From a virus (taxonomy: Duplodnaviria; Caudoviricetes): DNA of 64,000 nucleotides. A model generated the notes under the pieces. That model ran no database searches. It had not been told where the DNA came from and saw nothing but the letters and a program-made list of their open reading frames with translations. The stretch is from IMG/VR virus record IMGVR_UViG_3300019370_000055, positions 32,001-96,000 of that record; one strand, written 5' to 3'. The translations under genes and the position numbers were made by a program. Shown piece after piece: positions 9,999-20,886 of the stretch (position 1 is its first letter; every line of letters starts with the position of its first letter).

Positions 9999-10638
9999 TT
10001 ACAGAATTTCATCAAGGTTACAGTCCTCTCCGATAATATAATCAGTTACACCAAGATTTTTTGCTTCGTCTGCGAACATATACCATTCCTTACGCATTTG
10101 AGCATCATACATCTCAGACGTAATTTTAGTCTGCGCCAGAACATATTCTTTAATTCTCTGCTCAATGCGCTTATTAAACTCCATCTGATCCTGCGCCTTT
10201 GCACCAGAATTGATAACAAAGTTTGTACCATCGTGCATCAAGAACTTAGCTGTTTTAGACGCATAACGCTTATGCCCAGCAAGACCAATCAAAAATCCCA
10301 TTGAATATTGATAGCCAAGATTAATTGTGTAAACAGGTGTATTACTCTGAAGAATTACATCAACCAGTTCAAACCCCGGATCAATTTCGCCACCATTAGA
10401 GGAACAATACAACAAAATAGGCTTACGATCCTCAACTGGCTTACCTTTATCATCAGCATTATATTGAAGAATATGTCGAACAACACTATCAATAACACAA
10501 TCATCAATATCTTCAGTAAGGTACAACTTTCTATTTTGCAGATTACGCAAATAGAAAAGTTCATCGACCCCCCCAAGATTTCAGAATTGCTCCTTCATCA
10601 AACGAACAGTCAATATCATAAAAACCACGTTTATTCAT
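9999..10638 (-). CDS. clpP: ClpP-like protease, N-terminus frameshifted at a G7 tract (10568-10574)
   Basis: SNGG, YSMG, FLMHD, EWYMFADEAKNLGVTDYI. The RBS and ATG at 10638 join the body only with one G fewer. Confidence 0.8.
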
Positions 10639-10650
10639 AATCCACCTCCA

Positions 10651-10959
10651 TTAATGACGGTATCTGCGCTTATTGCGCTCACGTTCCTTATCAATCTGCT
10701 GGCAAATTGAAGCTGCCGCATAATTACTATCAACAATCAGCCGTAAATACTTCTCGGCCTCTGGCAGATAATAATGATGTCGCTTACTTTTCTGAATACA
10801 GGTTCTTACAATCTCTGCATGAGGGAACACCTCACGCACACGCTCCGACTCTGACTTTGTAATAGCAATCAAAATATTCAGTCCTTTACAATAAATTTTT
10901 GAGTATAAAAGAGTTTTATTTTTATAATTAAACCCCTTTACCCTAATCACTTTTTTCAT
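10651..10959 (-). CDS. hypothetical protein (true start probably near 10872)
   Basis: ORF co-oriented with its neighbours. Confidence 0.5.
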   Translation of the reverse strand: MKKVIRVKGFNYKNKTLLYSKIYCKGLNILIAITKSESERVREVFPHAEIVRTCIQKSKRHHYYLPEAEKYLRLIVDSNYAAASICQQIDKERERNKRRYRH

Positions 10960-10970
10960 AACACCTTAGA

Positions 10971-10992
10971 ATCTCCCCATTTTGGGGAGATT
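10971..10992. terminator. hairpin downstream of the RNA polymerase gene
   Basis: AATCTCCCC/GGGGAGATT stem. Confidence 0.5.
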
Positions 10993-11052
10993 TCAGGGTA
11001 TTACACTTACATGAAATCTACCGAAAATGCCCCAAAATTGCGAAAATTCACA

Positions 11053-13986
11053 TCACACCAGCACTCTCTTATAGCGAAAATCATAAATTTGAATATCGCC
11101 CATATTGCATTCTTGCAATTTGCATATATCGCCCTTGCTTGATTCAATTAACTTATAAAATTCTTCATTAGGCTCTCCAAACAAAATGCCAAACAAAAAT
11201 CTTGATATATCAGAATATTCTTTTGAATCAACAAGTCCAACTAAATATCTCATTGTTTTTTCACCAAATTTAGTATTGCAAACATAATCAATACAATCTT
11301 GCCGAATTTCTTCAGCTATGTTTCTCTTTTTTCGATTTGACAATCCATCATCTGTAGACCAAACAAGAGATATATGAGATTTCGCTTCTCTTACAACATT
11401 AATAATCCGATTTACTTGTGGATATTTCACTTGACCACATAATTTATCAGATGAAATCAAAATATCCGAAAGTCGCTTTTGCTTTTTTCTTAAAGTCTTT
11501 GAACGAAACTTATTAATGCACAATTCCAAATAATCCATGCTTGTTTCATGTCTTTGATACGTCATGCGTCCTCGTTCAACCATAACACTTCCAGTTTCTT
11601 TTAATACTTGTGCCTCTTTATAACTTTCAACCACTCCTTGCTTTATGTATTCGCCATCTTCTTCTACATAAATGTAATATCCATCACGATAACCTTTGTA
11701 ACCATCAATATATCTAAAAAATAATGGTCTTATATGCCGTCCTTTTTTATCACGTACATCATACTTTTTCTTTAAACACTGTAATTCAAAAGTATTATCA
11801 GCCGGATTTTCTCTCTTTGCAGAATCAATCTCCAAATTGCTCATAACGTCCAACTGCGCAATATCGCAATATAATTCCATCACATCATCAATACTTGCAC
11901 CATGATATAACCGATCCCAAAGGATAGAATTTAGTTCCTGCGACAAGTTAATAATCTCGCCAATTTTATTAACACTGGTTTTAATATCCAAATCAGCTTT
12001 ATCAATATCTGTATATTTCCTTTGGCGAGTTTCAGACTCAACTAACTTGGTAGGAACAGGAAACCGATCATAATTTCGTTTAGCTGCTTGAACCAATATC
12101 TCGTTATCGGTAAGCATAACAGTATCACTATCAAAATCTGCTCCAGATAATCGTTCCAAAATATTTTCATTAATACTATTAATGTACACAATTTCCTTTG
12201 TAGGATTCATATATCGACTAATTTCCGAACGCAAGACGTTACAGGTAACAAGTATATTACCAATAGTTACATGAGGACTTCTGGAACCAAGTAGTTCTTT
12301 ATTGTTTTCAAAACGTATACTGTGAACCGTCCCATTATCAATAACAGAACTACCATCAAATATTCCAATAGACTGTTTAAGCATTTCGATTGGATTTCCG
12401 CAAATCGTACTATAATTACCTTGTACTAAAAGGTGTCCTAATCTTAGATTTTTTATAAAAGACTTCACAAGATCATCTCTAAACTGCTGATAAATTTTTG
12501 TATCAGCAAATTTATCTGTGATCCCAAGCATTCTATAAATTATATCATTCTTAGATGTAATTGCTTTATTATAAAAATCATCGTTAGGGCTTTGATACTG
12601 ATAACCAATTTGATGCCGCATTGCAGCTATATCAGTTTTAATCATTCTTGCATAATCCAAAGAAGGTTTAACTAACTGCTCAACCTCATCATATGTCATC
12701 TGCAAAGTATTCAATAACTGATAGTGTGTTTGCACCATACGTCCATCAAAGAAGTGGGTAGGCTTTTCGTGTTTTACCACGCCAAATGTAGATTCTAAAG
12801 TATCAAGCCAATATTCCAGCTTTCCAAATTTCACATACTTGATAGAACTTGGTGTTGTAATCAGCTTAATATCTTCTATACGTTTAGCTTTTGTCTCGCC
12901 GTTCAACTGGCCTACATCTGTTATACCATTGTCCGCAAACCACTGTTGAATATTAGCGTTGAAACAGCATGACTTGAAGAATCTGGCACGTAGCAGTAAC
13001 ATACCATGTTCACGTGCATCAGGATTATTCTTCTGCTGTTGCTTTTGAAAATCTAAAAACACACTACGATCCATAAGAGATTGACCATCCCAAATACTGT
13101 TGCTAATCTCTACGTCCTCAACTTTAGATACCAACCTTCCATCAATAAACCGTGTAGCTACAACCCTATCTTTAAAAACACTCTTGTAATCCTTTACGAC
13201 CAGAATATTTTCAGGATGAATTTGAATAGTATCAATAATACTGCTTAATGTTAAAGCAATATAAGGCTCCAGCGCAGCAAGATCAATGTCTTGACCTTTT
13301 TTTACTTTGATACCACACATTTCCCATTTGTGCATCTGACGATAAAGCCGTTCATCAATAAAGAGACATTTTCCTACACGACTGGAACCAGCACTACGTT
13401 TAAACCGAACATACTTAATTCCATCACAAAGAAATCCATTCTCATATAATTCTTCACGGATATTCGCCACACTATTTAAAATTGGGATATTTGATTTTGC
13501 TCTATACATCCCATTTTCATAGTAAAAGCACTTTCCAAGAATGTCGCTGGTTACAGGATTATCTACTGGAGTGTCTACCTCAATACCCACCAGAATACCA
13601 TTCTGCATTGCTATACAATCTTTAAAGGCCAAATCTTCATAAGCATAACCAAACTTCACAAAAACTCCATTGCGAACTCTGTTAAACGCTTTGTTGTTGT
13701 ACTTAAAAGTTACATTAATTACTCGTTGCGTATAGTCCTTACCATTCTTGTTAAAAGAAAAATCCCGCCGCCGATACACGCTTTCATATACTTCCTGCAT
13801 TTTAATTAAATCCAGACTATAATCAAGCGTATTTATAAATCGCTTTAAATTTAAATCACCGTTCTGATCCCGCAGCTTATATCCAATTTTCAATCCCTTA
13901 TCATTGACTTTGGGTGTCAAATAGCTATTTGATATGTAAATGTCTTTTCCGTCTAATGATAGAATATGAACGCCGCTTTCAAGCAT
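11053..13986 (-). CDS. single-subunit RNA polymerase, YonO-like double-psi-barrel family
   Basis: 977 aa; RLSGADFDSD metal motif, RSPH, DGQSL, YQLLNTL, EIDSAK. Confidence 0.85.
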   Translation of the reverse strand: MLESGVHILSLDGKDIYISNSYLTPKVNDKGLKIGYKLRDQNGDLNLKRFINTLDYSLDLIKMQEVYESVYRRRDFSFNKNGKDYTQRVINVTFKYNNKAFNRVRNGVFVKFGYAYEDLAFKDCIAMQNGILVGIEVDTPVDNPVTSDILGKCFYYENGMYRAKSNIPILNSVANIREELYENGFLCDGIKYVRFKRSAGSSRVGKCLFIDERLYRQMHKWEMCGIKVKKGQDIDLAALEPYIALTLSSIIDTIQIHPENILVVKDYKSVFKDRVVATRFIDGRLVSKVEDVEISNSIWDGQSLMDRSVFLDFQKQQQKNNPDAREHGMLLLRARFFKSCCFNANIQQWFADNGITDVGQLNGETKAKRIEDIKLITTPSSIKYVKFGKLEYWLDTLESTFGVVKHEKPTHFFDGRMVQTHYQLLNTLQMTYDEVEQLVKPSLDYARMIKTDIAAMRHQIGYQYQSPNDDFYNKAITSKNDIIYRMLGITDKFADTKIYQQFRDDLVKSFIKNLRLGHLLVQGNYSTICGNPIEMLKQSIGIFDGSSVIDNGTVHSIRFENNKELLGSRSPHVTIGNILVTCNVLRSEISRYMNPTKEIVYINSINENILERLSGADFDSDTVMLTDNEILVQAAKRNYDRFPVPTKLVESETRQRKYTDIDKADLDIKTSVNKIGEIINLSQELNSILWDRLYHGASIDDVMELYCDIAQLDVMSNLEIDSAKRENPADNTFELQCLKKKYDVRDKKGRHIRPLFFRYIDGYKGYRDGYYIYVEEDGEYIKQGVVESYKEAQVLKETGSVMVERGRMTYQRHETSMDYLELCINKFRSKTLRKKQKRLSDILISSDKLCGQVKYPQVNRIINVVREAKSHISLVWSTDDGLSNRKKRNIAEEIRQDCIDYVCNTKFGEKTMRYLVGLVDSKEYSDISRFLFGILFGEPNEEFYKLIESSKGDICKLQECNMGDIQIYDFRYKRVLV

Positions 13987-14000
13987 TTAACCCCTCCCGT

Positions 14001-14372
14001 TCAAAAAGAATTTTCAAGATTATTTGCAAAATGAATATGTTCTGGAGTATAGAACTCCGCTGTATCAGGAAGTTCATCACGAAACTCATCTGGAATTTTG
14101 CCCTGATACCACAAATTATTTGTAGTCAATGTTGAACCATCTTTGAACCTAATCCAGAATCTACGACCAGCATGACCTAAAGTTTGATTCATTAAAGGAT
14201 TATCAACATTTCCGACATCACAATAACATACACCATTAATGACAATATGTTTATCTTTTTCAGCAATTATCCTTCTCCAGAAATTAATTGTAAAGCATTC
14301 GCCACTACAAAGAACATTTCCAAAATATTGACTTTTCTCAATTTCCTTACCACAAACTTCGCATCTTACCAA
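14001..14372 (-). CDS. hypothetical Zn-ribbon protein
   Basis: CEVC...CSGEC. Confidence 0.6.
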   Translation of the reverse strand: MVRCEVCGKEIEKSQYFGNVLCSGECFTINFWRRIIAEKDKHIVINGVCYCDVGNVDNPLMNQTLGHAGRRFWIRFKDGSTLTTNNLWYQGKIPDEFRDELPDTAEFYTPEHIHFANNLENSF

Positions 14373-14410
14373 TTAATCACCTCATTGCGTAAAATTGATT
14401 ATATCGTTAT

Positions 14411-14854
14411 TTATCGCTTATAAAGCACTACTGTATGCCTCTTAAAAATATCTTGGATGAGTTGATGCACAATACTCCAATCTGCACCGCCATTCCCGCA
14501 GCCAATCATATACGGCATAGCAATCGGCTCAGATACAGGAACAATCTTAGCCAGACTATTCATAGCCTTACTCAATGCAGCAATATCCGTATACTGCTTA
14601 CCATACCCAAAACGCTCCTGTCCAAACAAATTACAAATTACCTTTCCGTCATCCACTGGAACCAACAGCATCCTACCAAGAAGATTCTTTGCTCGATGTT
14701 CGTCACAATACTCATGATAACGGCGGTATACATCAGGATACTTATTCTTAATCTGCAACGCCACTCCCCGCCCCATTGCTCCATAACAGTTCACTTGATG
14801 AGCAATATAAGTTTCCTTGGCCTCCAGCAAATCACCATTAATCAGCTTTACCAT
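14411..14854 (-). CDS. macrodomain ADP-ribose hydrolase (TARG1/DarG-like class)
   Basis: GDLL...IAHQVNC.GAMGRGVA, IAMPYMIGCGNGGADW; start ATG 14854. Confidence 0.85.
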   Translation of the reverse strand: MVKLINGDLLEAKETYIAHQVNCYGAMGRGVALQIKNKYPDVYRRYHEYCDEHRAKNLLGRMLLVPVDDGKVICNLFGQERFGYGKQYTDIAALSKAMNSLAKIVPVSEPIAMPYMIGCGNGGADWSIVHQLIQDIFKRHTVVLYKR

Positions 14855-15329
14855 TTTCAATTTCCTCCATAATCCGATAAAATTCGCTGCCTTTAATTTC
14901 TGTAAATATATCAGAAGACATTTCAATCTGATCTGCACTAAAAGAACAATACAGAACTCCATTATAATCAAATAACCGTGAAGAACTGCGTCCCATATAA
15001 TTGTTATACCATGCAGGAGAGGGTTTATGCGTATTCTTTATTTCTATCGCACGTTTTACCCACTCTTTATTAATCGCAGAATTTTTCTTAAAAAACCTAA
15101 GTCCTTCATTTGTTTCCTTTGAACAAAGCTGTTTCTCAAACTTAGCTTTATCATTTTCAGTTGGCACAATTCCAATTACATTATGACTTGGGCAAAACAA
15201 AGTTGATTCAATTCCAAATTCTTTGAAAAAATCATCAGCTATCTTTCGATTAGGCTCAATACTATTTTTCCAAGCCCAATAATCATCATATAACTGAGAA
15301 CCTTCATTCACTGTATAAAATTTCTCCAA
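14838..15329 (-). CDS. hypothetical protein
   Basis: RBS AAAGGAG plus TTG start. Confidence 0.6.
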   Translation of the reverse strand: MEKFYTVNEGSQLYDDYWAWKNSIEPNRKIADDFFKEFGIESTLFCPSHNVIGIVPTENDKAKFEKQLCSKETNEGLRFFKKNSAINKEWVKRAIEIKNTHKPSPAWYNNYMGRSSSRLFDYNGVLYCSFSADQIEMSSDIFTEIKGSEFYRIMEEIENGKAD

Positions 15330-15342
15330 CAAAATTCTCCTT

Positions 15343-15912
15343 TCAAATATGCGTCCAAATTTCATTTTTTACAATCCGTGAAATAAGCCCAACGCTTACT
15401 CCAAAATAGTTAGCCAACTCTTTACGATTACATTTCTGCCCTTTACCTTTTGGTATATAATGCTCACGAATATATTTTACATCATCCTCTGTCAGCTTTG
15501 ACATTCCATTATTACTACCCCGATACTGTCCATAATGTGAATCAGATGCAAACCGCCAAGTATGAATCGGATTTATTAACTCCATATCCATTGCGTGTTC
15601 ATAATTATATTCACGTGAACACCACTCAAGATTTGATAATTGGTTATTTCTTTTGTTACCATCTCTATGATTTACTATCTCTAATCCATCAGGATTAGGC
15701 AAAAATGTTTCTGCAACACATCTATGTACTCTAATGTTTTTATTCTTTCCACAAACCGATGTACAAATTTGTAGATACTCATTTGTTCCAGCATGAAGCG
15801 CATATATTCGTTTAGTCTTGGCGTTCCGAATCCTTCCCCATGTTGATACTTCAAAACGCCAAGAATAATCTACACCATCATACCAAGCACCAGCCCATAC
15901 TTCTTGCTCCAT
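15343..15912 (-). CDS. NUMOD4/HNH homing endonuclease
   Basis: EVSTWGRIRN; VHRCVAETFLPNP...VNHRDGNKRNNQLSNLEW; C-terminal HTH. Confidence 0.9.
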   Translation of the reverse strand: MEQEVWAGAWYDGVDYSWRFEVSTWGRIRNAKTKRIYALHAGTNEYLQICTSVCGKNKNIRVHRCVAETFLPNPDGLEIVNHRDGNKRNNQLSNLEWCSREYNYEHAMDMELINPIHTWRFASDSHYGQYRGSNNGMSKLTEDDVKYIREHYIPKGKGQKCNRKELANYFGVSVGLISRIVKNEIWTHI

Positions 15913-17057
15913 TACATCATTGCTTGAAGCTGCTTAACACTTTCAAAAATGGCGTTAGCTGCTTGAATCATTTCATTGCTATAGTTATTAGCACTCATAG
16001 AAATCCTAATAGTACAACTCGCATCCTGATCATCAAGATATAATGCTTTCAAAACATGGGACGGATCAAGCGAACCAGCAGTACAAGCGGAACCAGCAGA
16101 AACACAAATTCCTTTTTCATTCAGCAACAACAGCATAGCTTCACTTTCACAATTCGGCAAAGTCAAACTAATAATATTCGGTACACCGCCATTACAATTA
16201 ACAATATAATTTACACTAAGCCGATCTAATTCATCAAAAAATGTTTTACGCAAAAGTTCATAGTGCGTTTTATTTGCGTCCATATTTCGTATAGCTGTTT
16301 CCGCTGCCTTGCCCATAGACACAATCCCCGGTACATTTTCTGTCCCTGCCCGAAGATGATATTCTTGACCCCCACCTGTAATAATAGGTTCCAACTTAAT
16401 ACCACGCCTTACATACAATGCACCAACGCCCTTCATGGCATGAATCTTATGACCCGACATTGCCATCAAATCAATATGATTTTTATTTACATCAAGAGAA
16501 ATATGGCCTAAAGCCTGAACAGCATCCGTCATAAAAAGAACACCATACTCCTGACAAAGATCACCAATGTCATCAATAAGCTGAATAGAACCAATCTCAT
16601 TATTTACTGCCATAATTGAAACCAAGCCAAGCGTATCTTTAAAAATTTTCATAACACGCTCTAATTCTTCAATATCTACACGCCCATCTTCATCAACAGG
16701 CATATAAATAACTTTAAATCCTTCTTTCTCAAGCACCTTACAGGTATTAAGAACTGCATGATGCTCAATCTGGCTGGTAATGATAGTTGTTCGTCCAATC
16801 TCCTTCAGATAAGGCGAAATCCCCCTCAACGCTAAATTATCGCTTTCACTACCTCCAGCAGTAAAAATAATCTCATCCGATGTAGCACCAATACATTTGG
16901 CAATTTGCTGCCGAGCATTATTAACCATTTGTGCCGCATTTGTTCCCGCCTTATGCAAACTACTTGGATTTCCATAATTCTCATATATTGCTTTTAGTGC
17001 AACTTCAGTAGCCTCCCTTGACATTCTTGTTGTTGCTGCATTATCAAGATAAATCAT
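15912..17057 (-). CDS. iscS: cysteine desulfurase (IscS/NifS class I)
   Basis: MIYLDNAATT, GNPSS, DAVQA, SGHK, RAGTENV, SAGSACT. Confidence 0.93.
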   Translation of the reverse strand: MIYLDNAATTRMSREATEVALKAIYENYGNPSSLHKAGTNAAQMVNNARQQIAKCIGATSDEIIFTAGGSESDNLALRGISPYLKEIGRTTIITSQIEHHAVLNTCKVLEKEGFKVIYMPVDEDGRVDIEELERVMKIFKDTLGLVSIMAVNNEIGSIQLIDDIGDLCQEYGVLFMTDAVQALGHISLDVNKNHIDLMAMSGHKIHAMKGVGALYVRRGIKLEPIITGGGQEYHLRAGTENVPGIVSMGKAAETAIRNMDANKTHYELLRKTFFDELDRLSVNYIVNCNGGVPNIISLTLPNCESEAMLLLLNEKGICVSAGSACTAGSLDPSHVLKALYLDDQDASCTIRISMSANNYSNEMIQAANAIFESVKQLQAMM

Positions 17058-17061
17058 TCTA

Positions 17062-17331
17062 TCACTCCGTTTCAATTTCTTCAAAATCATTGTCATCATA
17101 AGGTTCATCATCATTTTCATCAATTTGAATATTTCCATCACTAAATTCACTGACATATTCGGCATATGCTTTCCCGTATTCTTGTCGGTTTAATTCAACA
17201 GCAGCTTTAACTTCTTCATCTGTTAATGTATCACCACTATGTCCGGCATCAAAAAATTCACATGGCACATCACTTTCACATTGGTCATGCCAAATGCAAT
17301 CTACGCAAGAATAATTTTCGTTTGTTTCCAT
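17062..17331 (-). CDS. acidic Cys-rich hypothetical protein
   Basis: CVDCIWHDQC...C, directly upstream of iscS. Confidence 0.55.
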   Translation of the reverse strand: METNENYSCVDCIWHDQCESDVPCEFFDAGHSGDTLTDEEVKAAVELNRQEYGKAYAEYVSEFSDGNIQIDENDDEPYDDNDFEEIETE

Positions 17332-17390
17332 CCCCGTAATTCACTCCTATTCATTATGCTATTCCTCCTTTTCTGTTGAATATATAGTTA

Positions 17391-19196
17391 TTAGTCGAAC
17401 ATAAAAGCAACAAAATCGCTTTCCTGAGACTCTTTCCCATTGTACTGTTTAGTAGAAGAAATATGCAGTATTTTTTCTGCTCTCGTAATTGCAACATACA
17501 TAAGCCGCTTTTCCTCATCAATATTATCACTTTTTTCATGAGGCAGTAATCCTTGATTGACTCCAGCAACAAATACAATCGGGAACTCAAGTCCCTTTGA
17601 TTTATGAATTGTCATAAGCTGAACAGAATTAGGATCGTGCTTCTTCTCCTTTGAAAACTTCATCATAAAGGAAATAAATCGCTTTGCATCATTGTAATTC
17701 GAGGCCATACGCTGAAGCGTATTCAAGTTATCAGTGCGGTTGTCATCGTTGTCACACAAATCCTTTGAAACATAAGAATCCAGATTCAACGTTTCCCGCA
17801 GATCAGCAATCATATCGGCAACTGTTTTATACTTTGATTCACTAATTGACTTGATTGTTGCATGAATACTATTTACACTATTCTTTACTTTCCAATTCGT
17901 TCTGCTTACTCTAAACATAGCACAATAAAGAGACATTTTTTCTTTTCTTGCAGTACGCTTAACTTCCTGTAAAAAAGACTGACCAAGATAACGATTAGGG
18001 CGATTATAAATATATTCAAATGCTTCATCATCATTTATATCGCAAACTAATCGCAGATAAGAAAGGACAATTTTAATTTCACGGCGATCAATAAATGACA
18101 TACCATCTACAATCGTATAAGGAATTTCACTACGATATAATGCTGTCTCAAAATTTTGTAGCTGTGCATTCGTCCTTGTTAAAATTGCAATGTCTTTGTA
18201 ATCATACCCAGCATTGATATACGTTTGAATTTTCTTTGCAATCTCGTTCGCTTCTTCGCTTTCATTATCATATCTTACATACTGTGGTTCTTCAAACTTA
18301 TCCTTATCGGCAACACTCTCAACATAATGCTTATGCTTTGATTCTGGAATACACTCAGCAAAATGATTTGCTGTTGTGACAATATCTTGACTGCTTCGAT
18401 AATTCTTGTTCAAGTGGATAACTCTTGCATTAGGCCAATCATCATCAAAATTCATCACAAATTTGTTATCACTACCCCGCCACATAAAAATATTCTGGAG
18501 AGGATCATCGACAACAAAAACATTTTTATACCTTGCACCAATCAGTTTGATAATTTCATACTGAACAGCGTTGGTGTCCTGCATCTCATCAGCCAAAATA
18601 AACTGATACTGCTCTTGACAATAGTGAAGCCCCTTTTCGTTTGTACTTAAAATCTCATAGCACTTTACCAGCATATCATCAAAATCTAACTGATTATGTT
18701 CGGACTTATATCTTTCATAATACTTATAAACCTTACCAAACTTTGTAGATGTATCTGGCTTTTTCATTTGATTCTTTTGAATCGAAATATAACTCAAAAT
18801 ATCTGCAATTTCTTGTCCATCTGGTTCCTTTTCTTTAAAATAATGTTGTAAAATTTCTTCAATGATTTTAACTTTTTTCCAGTCAGCATCTAAAATCTCA
18901 AAATCTTCTCGGTTAAACTTTCGTACAATACGAAATCCAAAAGAGTGAAAAGTTTCAACATTAATAAACTTCACATACCCCGGAATCATCTTGGTTAATC
19001 TCTCAACCATATTTTCTTTTGCTTTCTTGCTGAATGTAATCGCAAGAATCTTTCCGGGATCAACGTCATAATTCTCAATTAACTTTACAATTCGATTTAC
19101 AAGTACCCTTGTTTTACCACTACCAGCAGAAGCAATAACATTACAACATCCTTCGTAAAAATCAACTGCCTCTTGCTGAACTTTACTAAGTTCCAT
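17391..19196 (-). CDS. UvrD/PcrA-family helicase
   Basis: ASAGSGKT, ADEMQD, KNYRS, TIHKSKGLEF, EEKRLMYVAITRA. Confidence 0.95.
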   Translation of the reverse strand: MELSKVQQEAVDFYEGCCNVIASAGSGKTRVLVNRIVKLIENYDVDPGKILAITFSKKAKENMVERLTKMIPGYVKFINVETFHSFGFRIVRKFNREDFEILDADWKKVKIIEEILQHYFKEKEPDGQEIADILSYISIQKNQMKKPDTSTKFGKVYKYYERYKSEHNQLDFDDMLVKCYEILSTNEKGLHYCQEQYQFILADEMQDTNAVQYEIIKLIGARYKNVFVVDDPLQNIFMWRGSDNKFVMNFDDDWPNARVIHLNKNYRSSQDIVTTANHFAECIPESKHKHYVESVADKDKFEEPQYVRYDNESEEANEIAKKIQTYINAGYDYKDIAILTRTNAQLQNFETALYRSEIPYTIVDGMSFIDRREIKIVLSYLRLVCDINDDEAFEYIYNRPNRYLGQSFLQEVKRTARKEKMSLYCAMFRVSRTNWKVKNSVNSIHATIKSISESKYKTVADMIADLRETLNLDSYVSKDLCDNDDNRTDNLNTLQRMASNYNDAKRFISFMMKFSKEKKHDPNSVQLMTIHKSKGLEFPIVFVAGVNQGLLPHEKSDNIDEEKRLMYVAITRAEKILHISSTKQYNGKESQESDFVAFMFD

Positions 19197-19485
19197 TATC
19201 TTTTTCCTCCAAATTCATTATTGCTCCACAATGAGGACAATACTTAGTTTTTCGTTCATTCCACATATCACAACAGCTTGATACAACACCACTGGCTACT
19301 GATACGCCAGACCGATATTGTTTAACCCATTGTCCGTAATGAACAGGTATAGCTTCTATTTCCTGCTGCCTATTAATTACCGATAGCGCATTGGCCTGAA
19401 ACCCCGTACCACACATTGCATACATCATATCCTCATAAACAGCAGCACGATCAATCAGTTCCATCACGTTTCCCCCCTGTCCCAT
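19186..19485 (-). CDS. hypothetical phage protein
   Basis: ELIDRAA...YCPHCGAIM, a common phage family pattern. Confidence 0.6.
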   Translation of the reverse strand: MGQGGNVMELIDRAAVYEDMMYAMCGTGFQANALSVINRQQEIEAIPVHYGQWVKQYRSGVSVASGVVSSCCDMWNERKTKYCPHCGAIMNLEEKDNGT

Positions 19486-20527
19486 ATTCTACTTCATATC
19501 CATATCGCTCTTTCATAGTATCTTGGTAATCTTTCTCCTGAACAGACGGTAACATTTTTATCACATCATCTGCTCCATATAGCAAAGTAATATCAGACAA
19601 TCGCTTAAACTGTTCTATGTAGTTACTGCCCAATGCTTCATTCTTTTCCAGACGTTTTTCTGCATTGGTATCCATAATGGCTTTTAGCACTACGCCAATC
19701 TCTTGCCGCCGCTGATCAATAGTTTTTTCATTAAAACTGCGCAAAATATTTTTACACTGTTCTTCATCAACACGCCACAATTCAAAAGCACGACATACAA
19801 ATAAAATCCCATGTTCTTTCATCATACGTGTCAACTCAGTATTGTAACGCAATGCTTTCTTCCCATACCACTTTTCACTATCAGATAAAATTTTAGCTTT
19901 GCGGCTGGCCTTTTCAACCAATTTTGAATACAACTTCATTTCATCATCTGTAGCTTTTCTGATCTCCGCTTGCTCAACAATGATATGTCCATTTTCAATC
20001 TCTGCCGTTGTAGGCATAACACCAATCATATGTGTCTCATTGTAAATCACACAATTCATTGCTGCCAGATACTTAATGCACCGCCGAATATAATCATCAA
20101 TTCGATTGTCAGCCTTGTTGAAATACTCTGAAAGAATATTTGCATCAAAGTCCATATCAATAACTACTGAATCCTGATTATATTTCATCTTGGTATAATT
20201 GGAATTTACCATGCTTACTACTTGTGCTAAATCTATAGATGTAATTACAGCCTTACGATCTTTATATCCCTCGCCAAAAAGAACCTCATATAAAATCAGC
20301 GGTGCAAGGTATTGATAAATCCCTTTGTGTATCTTGGAATCATACAATGACTTTGGGTACTTGTAGACCTCCAGCACCGTATACTTTCTGGTTGCTACAT
20401 CATACTCATAATCACAGTATCTTGCCAAAGTATCTAAGAACATACTTTGATGTTTTCCACTGGCGAATTTTTCTTTTCGATGATATGATCGCCGCTGCGC
20501 ATCAGAGCAGACCTTATCCACCAGCAC
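19451..20527 (-). CDS. hypothetical protein, possible replication initiator
   Basis: 358 aa next to an AT-rich inverted repeat and the recombinase; function inferred from context only. Confidence 0.4.
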   Translation of the reverse strand: MLVDKVCSDAQRRSYHRKEKFASGKHQSMFLDTLARYCDYEYDVATRKYTVLEVYKYPKSLYDSKIHKGIYQYLAPLILYEVLFGEGYKDRKAVITSIDLAQVVSMVNSNYTKMKYNQDSVVIDMDFDANILSEYFNKADNRIDDYIRRCIKYLAAMNCVIYNETHMIGVMPTTAEIENGHIIVEQAEIRKATDDEMKLYSKLVEKASRKAKILSDSEKWYGKKALRYNTELTRMMKEHGILFVCRAFELWRVDEEQCKNILRSFNEKTIDQRRQEIGVVLKAIMDTNAEKRLEKNEALGSNYIEQFKRLSDITLLYGADDVIKMLPSVQEKDYQDTMKERYGYEVEYGTGGKRDGTD

Positions 20528-20886
20528 ACTTTCATTGTAGGTTCCCCGCTTTAGTCGAACTTCCCGTTTTTCGATTTTTTACACTCCTTTCAAAATTGCC
20601 GAAGTTGCTCCTTCCACAAAAACGCCTGAAACCGTTGTGGCGCAACGGATACAGCGATTTTACCTATGTACTTTTTTGCCATAATTAAATATATATAATA
20701 TTATGGCCTTTTGGTACATACAGGAATCCCGCAGAAGCAAGCCAGTTTGGGGTTATTCTAAGACTTTTTTCTGGAGGACAACTATCAGATACAGCTATAT
20801 TATTTCATGAACTTGCCGTAAGGCAAGTGAATGACAGCGAAGGCAACGCTTCAGCGTTGGCAAGCTGAAATTATACCTCCCGCCAA

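Noticed and set aside
11053-13986. RNA-dependent RNA polymerase
   Set aside because: The motifs are shared, but in a tailed DNA phage beside the head genes the DNA-dependent YonO-type enzyme is the established reading.
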